Source: Macrostomum lignano (Eukaryota). From it: DNA of 64,000 nt. The notes under the pieces were generated by a model. The model had not been told where the DNA came from. It saw nothing but the letters and a program-made list of their open reading frames with translations, and did not search any database. The position numbers and the translations under genes were made by a program. Below are positions 9,470 through 18,588 of the stretch, piece after piece (within the stretch, counting starts at the first letter, position 1; each line of letters begins with the position of its first letter). The stretch covers positions 8,141 through 72,140 of the forward strand of contig NIVC01001527.1 of assembly GCA_002269645.1 (NCBI GenBank), read 5' to 3'.

Positions 9470-10560
9470 TTCCCACTAAAAACGGGTTATCGGATTGACA
9501 TCGGAATCTGGCCGGATTTTAGCAGGGCAATCGGAATCTGGTGGAACTAGATTTGCAAGCAAAAAAACGATGAAAAATGTGCTCCAATGACATCCAAAAA
9601 CTACACAAAGTATTTCCTGGCTTTCTTTGCTTCTCGGAAGCACCCCGGAAACATACCGGAATATGAGGCTCCATATTCCGACCGGAATTTACACTGCACC
9701 CGAGCCGTCACTTTCCGACAATAATTTTGAACGCAAGCTTCGCAAAAATATCAGCATACTTATCAACTAGTATGATGACTGTCCACTTTGAAGAAAAAAC
9801 TCTTTTAGACGGGAATTCTGCGCCCTCGCAATTTGCAAGAAGAACAGCTAGCAAGCTTTGTTTTACGCGATCAAGTGTTGAAGCTATTGACCAGTTTAAT
9901 TTGCACACTTCCATTTTCACTAATTTGCGCTCGCTTGGAACATCAGCTCTTTTGAACACAGCTCCTTTAGCCAACACAGGACAGTGAGACCACAACTTTG
10001 AACTCTCTGCAACTTCATCTGTGGTTACACGCAAATACTATACTAGTATGCTACTCCTTTCGTTCATTTAGTGCATTTCTTTAGTCTCCTATTATCTTGT
10101 ATGCTTGAATTTTTTACTGGCGGACTATATAATCGCTAATTTCAGTAATAAAATATATTATTATTGTTTATTTGTGATAACAGCTAGCCAAAACTATTAT
10201 ACTATACCTAAAAAGAACAATTTGGTATACTGCAATACTGCATAGTGAGTTTTGACCATAGTGGCACTTGCAGAAGCTTATTAATATTTGAGTACAGTAT
10301 ATGATAGGCACCAATTGTCCAGCTATACATAATATATACTGACATTGTACTATACTCATAGCCAGTTTCAATTCAGACCATCGCAAAGTAGTAAACAAGG
10401 GCCAATTCTATAAATTCTATCTAGTGCTAGTCCTAGATTTCTCATATTGAAAGAGACTGCAAATTAAAATAATTGACTACATTGTGTACTAAAAACATAT
10501 AAGGCAAAAGCTAGTTCTAATAATAAATAAGTATTGTCATTTATTGATTAATTTGATTTA

Positions 10561-12471
10561 ATGGCTTTGCCAAGTCGTGCATCAAATAGACAGGTAGCCA
10601 GGGAAATGCAAGAAATACTACAAGAGCTTCCGACGATTGGGGCTACAAATATTGAGGCTAGGCTAGATCTAGAAAATGTGATGGGACAAAATGAAGATAC
10701 AAAGAGCAATGCTGAGCCTGAAGAGACATTCTTTGATGCAGTGGGTCCAATGCCAATGGACTTTGATAGCCAAATGCATGCTCTTTTTGAGGAAGAAATG
10801 GATGAAGAAGTTGAAGAACAAGATGACTCTCTTGGCTATAATAGACCTCCGCCACTTACTTTGGTGCAAGAGTTACTATTGTTTTACATAACATTCAATA
10901 TTACTAGTGCTGCCATGAATTACCTACTTCGGCTTTTGGCTCGTTTCTTCACTGACATACCCACTTCTGTCTACATGCTTAAGAGGCAGTGTCCAAGCAC
11001 AGAGATCACGAGGTTCAATGTCAATAATGGTCATGTTGCCTTTCTCTCCATTGTGGACAATTTGAAATTTTTACTTGATTCCAAAATCCTTACAATTCCA
11101 TCTGGAATTACAAACTTCTTTGTTTCCTTAAGGGTAAATGTTGATGGTCTTCCTTTATTCAAGTCATCTAGAATCAATCTTTGGCCTATATTGATGCTAG
11201 TAAATAATTGTTTTAGACCTGTGCCATTTGGCCTTTTTTGTGGCATTGGAAAGCCTGACCTACATGTCTTCTTAGAAAGGTTTTGTTCTGAAATTGCAGG
11301 TCTACAGAATGGTTTTGACTATAATATGAAAAGAATTTTTATTAAGTCAATTGTCTTTATCTGTGACACACCTGCTAGAAACTTTATTCAATGTTTGAAA
11401 GGTCATTCCAGTTATCTTGGCTGTAGTTGGTGTCGTCAAGTAGGAAATTACACAGGTGACAGAATTTGTTTTTCTAATACCATTGCAGAGGCTCGAACAA
11501 ATCAAGATTATGAACAAGGGCGTGAAAATAACCAACTTGGTATTTCTCCACTAGCCAGGATTGTTCCAATGTATTCCAATTTTGTACCCGACCCAATGCA
11601 TATTGTCTACTTAGGGGTTGTAAAGAAGTTGCTCAAATTTTACTTCCTTGGAGCAAAGCACATTCGACTTGCTTGCAAGTTGTCATCCCAATTAAAAGAG
11701 GAAATAAATAGAAAAATAATGTATATTAAGGAATTTGTTCCTTCAGATTTTCAAAGACGGCTTCGCACTTTTGCTGACATTGAATACTTTAAAGCAACGG
11801 AATTCCGCCAATGTCTTTTGTACTTTGGTCCGTTCCTTTTTAAGAATACCTTGCCAAAGGTCTACTTTAATCATTATCTATTATTGCATTGGTCAATTTC
11901 AGTCCTTAATTCACCTGAGTACTGTGAAATTTATTTTGATGCTGCTGAGGCTTGTTTGAAAAAGTTTGTTGCTGAGGCACCAAGCCTATATTACAACAGT
12001 GTAGTTTCTTATAATTGGCATGCTCTGTTGCACCTTCCTGAGTTTGTGCAAATGTATGGCCCACTTGACACGTTTTCAGCTTTCCCTTTTGAAAACTACT
12101 TGCAATTGATCAAGAAGAGAATTCGTTGTACCAATCATGTTTTTGCCCAATCTGTCAACCAGTTGTTGAATGTGAGATTTTTATATTCTAATGACAAGTT
12201 GGGTGACATTGGTTTTACTAATAAGAGTCCTAATAACTGTGCTATTGTTGATGGAAAGGTTGTCATTGTCACCAATTTAAATGATGGTCTTATTTCAGGC
12301 CAGGTTCTCACATTTGATAGAAGCCTTTATTCCTATCCATATCCATCAAAATCAATTGGCATAGGCTACTATAAGCATTCAAAGACATTTGTATCCAACT
12401 TGCAACCTTCTAAGAAGGCCATTCTAATTCCCTTTGGCGGAGACTATCTGGTCATTCCTTGCATCAAGTAA
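10561..12471 (+). CDS. EnSpm/CACTA-type DDE transposase
   Basis: Intact 636 aa. Motifs VNVDGLPLFKSS..LWPIL, FICDTPAR, KGHSSYLGCSWC, DPMHIVYLG, KATEFRQ, HALLHLP..YGPL...SAFPFEN. Confidence 0.92.
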   Translation: MALPSRASNRQVAREMQEILQELPTIGATNIEARLDLENVMGQNEDTKSNAEPEETFFDAVGPMPMDFDSQMHALFEEEMDEEVEEQDDSLGYNRPPPLTLVQELLLFYITFNITSAAMNYLLRLLARFFTDIPTSVYMLKRQCPSTEITRFNVNNGHVAFLSIVDNLKFLLDSKILTIPSGITNFFVSLRVNVDGLPLFKSSRINLWPILMLVNNCFRPVPFGLFCGIGKPDLHVFLERFCSEIAGLQNGFDYNMKRIFIKSIVFICDTPARNFIQCLKGHSSYLGCSWCRQVGNYTGDRICFSNTIAEARTNQDYEQGRENNQLGISPLARIVPMYSNFVPDPMHIVYLGVVKKLLKFYFLGAKHIRLACKLSSQLKEEINRKIMYIKEFVPSDFQRRLRTFADIEYFKATEFRQCLLYFGPFLFKNTLPKVYFNHYLLLHWSISVLNSPEYCEIYFDAAEACLKKFVAEAPSLYYNSVVSYNWHALLHLPEFVQMYGPLDTFSAFPFENYLQLIKKRIRCTNHVFAQSVNQLLNVRFLYSNDKLGDIGFTNKSPNNCAIVDGKVVIVTNLNDGLISGQVLTFDRSLYSYPYPSKSIGIGYYKHSKTFVSNLQPSKKAILIPFGGDYLVIPCIK

Positions 12472-13172
12472 ATCAAGTTATTTGCCTGAAGTCCATCGTC
12501 CATAATTGTGTCTTGCCTAAGTTGTTTACAAATGTAATTGTGTATACAGTCAGCAAATATAATTTAATTAGGTCTAGAATAAAAAAATATATAATTCCAT
12601 ATATATTATATAATATTGAAGTAGTATAGCCATTATAGCCATTAACAAACTAAAGCATTTGTTCGGATCATGGTATGAAATAAGATGATCATTATTATTT
12701 TTATTATTATTATTAATTAATTTTATTACAAAAAACAATTATTATTGTTTTGTATAATTTCTATGCTTTATTATAACCTTCCTAAGTGCTTGCAAATATG
12801 AGTACGTATTATTTAAGTAATGTGTCCTTCAATGTGAATGTCCTAGTCAGACTATTTATGATTTTTGTGGCAGAATTCTAGTGTAAATGTATTTTGACAA
12901 GTTGTCTACTAGTAAGTTAGCAAGTAGCAATAGGCCCCTATGAACAATTCAATAAACATTTTTTGTGTATCCTCTAAATTTGTAACTCACTTGTTCCAAT
13001 GGAATAATTACATGTTATGTGCCATATTATGCTGTAAAAACTTTAGTTACTGCTTGGCCAACATTACACCACAATGAGTAAATAGTCCTTCTTAGTACAT
13101 GCAGTGTCTTGTGCAGTTGCTAAATCATTAAATAATAAAACTTTAGTTCAGTAATCTTGTTGCAGTGACTCA

Positions 13173-15683
13173 ATGAAGTTTATTGTGTATTTTACCTCTG
13201 ACTATGAAGTAATAGAAGCTGATGAGGAAGATTGCCTTCTTGGCTCTTTTACTAAGTGGACTATTGAGCAATGGAGGCAAGTGGACAAACTTGAAGAAGT
13301 TCATATTCAGGTAATATATAATGACAAGTTGGAAGATTGCATTGTTTTGCAAGTTGTTCCACATGCCTGTGACACCAGTGACACTGTTGCCATGCTACGA
13401 GCTGTGGTCAAAGAGAAGCACTATCGTCCAAGCAAGCTACTAAAGATTCTGCCAGATCGTGTTCGATCCAACAAAAGACAGACATTTCCTCCTATGAAGA
13501 ATCTTGAGACAGACAATGATGCAACAGATATTGATGCTGTAAGTATAATGTAAAATAATATTTAATTTAATATTTAGTATACAACTAAGGTCTGCCACGT
13601 GCGTTAATATAAAATATAAAATAATATAATTGTAGGTTGCTGATGCAGCCAGCCATGGACAAGCCAACCGGGGTCCCACACAGAGAAGTGAATCATTGTC
13701 TGGGTCTTCTGGTGTTGTTTGCCTCCCTCCACTGCCAACTCTGCAAGCTTCGGGAATTGCAGAAGTACGTGCTTACATTTGTGTCTATTTAAAAATGTCA
13801 AGCATTTATAGTCTTTATGTATTCATGCATTTGGAGTACAGTATGCTTATTAATTTCAAATTATTGCACTTGGCAGTTTGCCAGACATATTACAAAATGA
13901 TTGAGACAGTTTTAATAGTTTGGATTTTATTCTTTTCTTTAATTTCTCTAATCTAACACTGTCTTCACCTCACCCCAATGCCAGGCTAGCGTGACGGCTT
14001 GTTGTCACACATCACATTGTTATGTTTATATCTATACACCTCTGTTATGTCTGCATCATCTCATTCAATGCGTGTATGGTTACTGTTGAGTATATCATTT
14101 CTCCTACTATGTTACAGATTAACGTGCTGAGAAAAAAATTATCTATTCTAATCATTTCTTTACCAACCCAGGCCTACGACGGCACAATGGCGCAGAGCAC
14201 TGTCAGGAAACTTCAGAACCGCACCTCCATGGCACCTCCACCAGAACCGCAGTCGATCGACAGCCCAGCCTTTGAGCGACTGCACCCTCAAGCAGCTCTC
14301 AATTCGTCTGGAAGCTCGACGCCTACTCGACACCCGTCTAGGCAGTTTTCGTGCACTCCAACTTCAGCCCCAAGAGCCAGCTTCTCGCGCGAACAGCTGC
14401 GACAGCCTGCGCAGGTAATTTGTAAAACTCGTTTCATGAAGTCTTGCAACAGTTTTTTTCAGAACTTGCCACGGTTTCTAACGAAAATTTAATCCACAGT
14501 TTTCAGCTCTGCCTCAGCTGGAAACGCAAGCCAGAAGCCAGGTTGAGGCTTGTGGGTACACGTGGGGATCTGTTGAAGGTAATGGAGTTATTGTTATTGA
14601 CGCTGAGATAGCAGTAGTTGACAACAGCCGCAAAATGTAACTGGTGACCAGCGCACACTCGTTGCTTGAACAGCTAGGTGGATGAAATCGACAGCGTCTA
14701 GCTTGGAACTGGCACGTAAATTGAAGTTAATTTACTATGCAACTTTCAACTCATTATTCAGGGCTCTACTGTCTGCAGCTCTTGAGCATTCGCGAACTCA
14801 TGAAGCTAAAGGCCACGATTGAGTCGTCCAGTCTCCGGGGAGCTGCTGCGGCACCCACGCTCGAAATTCCATTCGGGCTTCCTGTCGCAAATGAGGCCGA
14901 CCTCAACAGTGCAGTCGAGAAGATTTCTGCCAGTGCGGAGGCCAAGACTGCGCTGGTTAGTTAATATCTTATGAGCATTTCTCTTACTATTAAACTTCCA
15001 CCATGCGTTCGGAACTTCGGTACTGTAGACTCGGGGAAATGGTCCAGACGCTTTCATGTGTGAATTTTAGACTTCGTTCATTCAGAAAAAGTGCCTGGGC
15101 CCTTCTGTGACTCAGTCTGTTCGCTATGCGATGAACGAGCTTCTGGCGCGAGACTTCCAGCAGCGCTTCAATCGCACTGGCGGCAAGGATGCCCGAGGCC
15201 GTGGCCAACAAGAGAACTCCAAGATGTCTTTCGACAAGTGCTTTGGAGGGATTGTGAAGGGTAGGTTATGCTTTACTGTCGCATATGTACCAATTACCAG
15301 AGTTGATTCTTAATAGTGATATCAATAGTGATATACTGTCTGATACAACGTACTGATAAATGTACGGGGTGGGTACTGCCATAACCATACGTATTCATGC
15401 CGTAATTCATACATGTATTTCTCTCAGGTCAACAGTTGTGGACTTGACAACCTGCTTATGTTGTGATTGTCAAATTTCAGACGCGTTGGGCTCTTCATTT
15501 ACGCTGCACGACATCAATAAGGCAATCGAACGGTTCTTCGATGGCGTCCGGAAGCGTCGAAGCCACGAGGGATCAGCTGAATCGGACGTGGCCGGCGGGC
15601 ATGGCGCCCCCACTCCAAGCAGGCGTCGCTCGACGATGCGAGTGCAACGCATATCCGACAGCACTGACGAGGAAAATATGTAA
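13173..15683 (+). CDS. spliced accessory gene of the CMC element, DUF4806-like C-terminus
   Basis: GT-AG exons ~13173-13538, 13636-13764, 14172-14414, ~14500-14580 (uncertain), ~14762-14955, ~15086-15260 and ~15480-15683. The C-terminus LPVANEADL...SVRYAMNELL...FNRTG...KMSF...INKAIERFFDGVRKR fits my recall of DUF4806. Confidence 0.72.
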
Positions 15684-16555
15684 CTTGGTGGCATAGTAAA
15701 AAATTGTCCCTTTCGTCGAAACTTCGCGCTAACTTAAATTTTAACTGCTCCGAGACCGAAATGCTAGTGTAGTACAACTGGGTTTGAAGGCCGCGAATTT
15801 GAACAGTTTCACTACAGCAATTTAACGTCTTCAGTTCACTCGCAGCGCAGCGCCTTACAATTGTTCACTCGATTGCAGCGCGCTTTTCAAACTGGTGCGA
15901 TTATATTTTAATTAGACAACGATTAAAATAATTTATAATTAATATTTGCTTTATTTTCAAGGGTCAAAAAAGTAGAAATTAATAACATAATAATGCTATT
16001 TGCAATTGCTATAGTTACTATATAGCAACAATTAAATATTTAGTGCAATTTTAACAGAACATTTTCAGCCGCACTACACTAGGCCTAATCAAATTGACCT
16101 AACAACTATAAAATACTTGTCGAACTGTCTCCAACCTGCACCCTATTAGTGACTGCTTTGGTGGCCCACCACGCGTTGCTGCAATGTTCTATTTTGTAAA
16201 CACTAAATAAACACTTATTATTCCTTTCCATCTGCTGCCATTGAGCAATTTTGTATTTGATGTAAAATGATGCACACCCGGTCTTTGTGTCATTGAATTT
16301 TCAGACGGGATCGGGCTGTCTAAATGTACATGCGTGACTGCGTGTACACTGATCTTCGGCTACATTGTAGCACATGCATGTTTGTACTCGCTTTGTGCTT
16401 CGTCATTTATATCAGCTCGGAAAGTGAAACGAAAAGCTCTGGATGAGTCCGATCGTCAAATCCGATCAGAATCCGAATGGATTTCCCGGGACAAATTTCC
16501 ACTCGGTTTCCGAGCTGCATTTCCGATCGGAATCCGACCAAGCTTTTTTAGTGGG

Positions 16556-16845
16556 TTATATCTGGAAGCAATGTCAATAATTGTAAGAGCATACTTGTAG
16601 CCTGAGTCGTTGGGGAGAAACAAAAGATCTGCTTGGTGCGCTTCATTAGGTTTATAGATGCTAAAGTGAGGTCTTGTAAATTTTACTGGTGGGAAATAGA
16701 CTTGAAAGACAGCCTGCTTAGAGAGCCACTTTTCTACTTTTGCTTTTGGTTCCTTACTTAGTTCTGCGAGTTTGGTGACTGCATTTTTTCCTACAAAGAA
16801 TCCTTTGTCGCTGTAGTAGAGTTTTTTAAGTTTCTGATCTGTCAT
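16556..16845 (-). CDS. int: retroviral-type integrase, 5' part
   Basis: MTDQKLKKLYY...HQADLLFLP...YALTIIDIASRY. Removing the insertion and one TT copy gives TAT AAG GAA GCT (Y-K-E-A) and a continuous 331-aa ORF. Confidence 0.93.
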
Positions 16846-16875
16846 TTTTTTAAAAAGAAAATTTAAAATAAAATA

Positions 16876-17403
16876 ATGCAACGCTCTGGTGGTAAGTTAG
16901 ATTCACATGGACTGATAGAAAAGCTTCCTCATCCAAACAAAGGCTGGACACTTCCCGGCTATAAATATTGCGGGCCTTTGAATCCACTTGAAATACAGTT
17001 AGATAAAAACAATAATCCACATCCTGGGCATGAGCCTGTGAACGAGCTAGACTCTGTCTGCATGTGGCACGATGTTAAATATAGAGATTTTCCTGAGGAG
17101 AAGAATCGCTGGGACAAAGAAATGCTTAAGAGACTAGACAATATAGGGGCTTCAAGCGGATTTCGTGAGTCGATTGCTCGGAAGCTAGTTAAAGCTGTTA
17201 TTTTTAGTAAGGCAAAGTTGGGTTTGGGGGTTCAAGGCGAAGGTGGGTGTTTGGGGAGAGAGGGCGGGTGTGCGGAAAGAGAGGGCGGAGGCTTGGAAGC
17301 AGGGTTTATTTTGTGTGCTCCTAACAAGAAATTGGGAAGACTGCTGAAAGAGCTGGGGGTAGAGAGAGCGCGCGTGGGGGGGGGAGAGAGATTTTCACTT
17401 TAA
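16876..17403 (+). CDS. parvovirus VP1u-like phospholipase A2 protein
   Basis: LPGYKYCGPLN Ca-binding loop, EPVNELDSVCMWHDVKY catalytic HDxxY helix and a downstream Asp (RWDKEM); Gly-rich tail. Confidence 0.88.
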   Translation: MQRSGGKLDSHGLIEKLPHPNKGWTLPGYKYCGPLNPLEIQLDKNNNPHPGHEPVNELDSVCMWHDVKYRDFPEEKNRWDKEMLKRLDNIGASSGFRESIARKLVKAVIFSKAKLGLGVQGEGGCLGREGGCAEREGGGLEAGFILCAPNKKLGRLLKELGVERARVGGGERFSL

Positions 17404-17508
17404 CTGAGCCCAGCCGGGGAAGAATTCCGTCTCGAGTGAAGGCCAGAATGCAAAGGATTTCGGCCTCGCGCGAGGCCAAAATGAAAACGATTTTGGCCTT
17501 TCAGTTTT

Positions 17509-17745
17509 TTAACGCAATTGCTTAATGATTTCTGCAAAGTTATAGTAGCTGTCGTAATCTTTTACATAGGTTACTCCATACTTATGAAACCAGTGTCTTT
17601 GGAGAGCTAGATTAATATTAGGGACATTGATATGAACGTCGGGCCAATATTTTTTCATGTATTCGCTGCATTCTAGTTTGCATCGGTACTTGGATTTGTA
17701 CAATGGATGAGTATAATAGGAACCTGGAGAGACAACTGGAAACAT
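17509..17745 (-). CDS. small Tyr/His/Trp-rich hypothetical Polinton protein
   Basis: 78-aa ORF with the same poly-A ATG context as the other element genes. No family recognised. Confidence 0.5.
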   Translation of the reverse strand: MFPVVSPGSYYTHPLYKSKYRCKLECSEYMKKYWPDVHINVPNINLALQRHWFHKYGVTYVKDYDSYYNFAEIIKQLR

Positions 17746-17946
17746 TTTTTTATTAAGAATTTAATTTTTTTTCAAAGGGTAAGGACCCTGGGTTAGGGGG
17801 TTTAAAGTCTTTGGGATCAGGTTTCGCCGCTTCGGATTGAATGTGGGGAGAATGCAGATTATTTTCTGATTGTTTCTGGGTGGATGTTAGTGGATTATGT
17901 CAGTGTCAATGAGCATAACAGGTGTTAGTGGACACCTGTTATGCAC

Positions 17947-18202
17947 TGATTCTGTCAGGGATAATATGGATGGATTTAATACGATTATGTTCGAAGTTTT
18001 CGGAGCAAGTGCGACCCCTCCACTTTTTCATGATTCTGTCGGGGATAATATGGATGGATTTAATGGGATTATGGAGGACGTTTTGTGAGCGAGTGCGACC
18101 CCCTTTTTTTTCTGATTCTGTCAGGGATAATATGGATGGATTTAGGTGGATTATGGAGGACGTGAAAAATTTTGTCCCAGAAGCCCCCTCATGCCTTCTA
18201 CT
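17947..18202. repeat. three ~83-bp direct repeats in the presumed right terminal inverted repeat of the Polinton
   Basis: TGATTCTGTC(A/G)GGGATAATATGGATGGATTT starts at 17947, 18031 and 18113; the region ends in CTTCTACT. Confidence 0.7.
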
Positions 18203-18588
18203 CAAGGATGTGAAAGCAAACTGCTTAATCACAAGGATAAATTTTGAATTAAAGGAGGAAGGAAAGATTCCCCGAGTTGTAATCCAATATTGATTTGGCA
18301 TATGATAGTTATTAATTAGGCAATATTGATTATCTGTAAATTTTGTGTACAGTAAAACAAAGGTTTCTGAGGTATTTTTCATTTTTCGTGAAATCTTTGT
18401 AAATATAAAGAATTTTACAATTATTAAAACATTCCAGACTTCTAATTAAAATTAAAACACTTGCTATTAAATTTTTTTATCAGAATCAGCTGATTATTTA
18501 TATTAATATAAAACTCACGTAGAGGTCAAATACTTTTTCAACTATACCTGTACACCTGTTTTTCGTTGTCAATGGGTGCACGAATTAA

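Larger units (their letters stand above)
9472..16555 (+). mobile_element. EnSpm/CACTA (CMC) DNA transposon inserted in the Polinton integrase
   Basis: TIRs CCCACTAAAAA (9472) and TTTTTAGTGGG (16555), with the imperfect match extending to TCGGATT. 2-bp TSD TT at 9470-9471 and 16556-16557. TCGGA/TCCGA subterminal repeats at both ends. Confidence 0.93.
1..18202. mobile_element. Polinton/Maverick (adintovirus-like) endogenous viral element, left part outside window
   Basis: Intronless compact ORF cluster with pPolB, rve integrase, A32-like ATPase, adenain-like protease, pX-like protein and PLA2. The right end is tentatively placed at ...CCTTCTACT (18202; reads AGTAG on the minus strand, like AGT-starting Polinton termini), after a repeat-rich subterminal region. 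The left TIR and TSD cannot be checked. Confidence 0.93.

Noticed and set aside
9708-10034. ORFs 9708-10034 (-) and 9727-9987 (+) inside the CMC element
   Set aside because: No recognisable motif; a zinc-finger first exon of the transposase was considered but could not be supported.
16456-16555. C-terminal tail NPLKKLGRIP... of track ORF 16456-16881
   Set aside because: Read-through into the transposon TIR; the real integrase continues at 9469.
17897-18382. ORFs over the terminal repeat region
   Set aside because: They follow the ~83-bp repeats and cross the putative element boundary.
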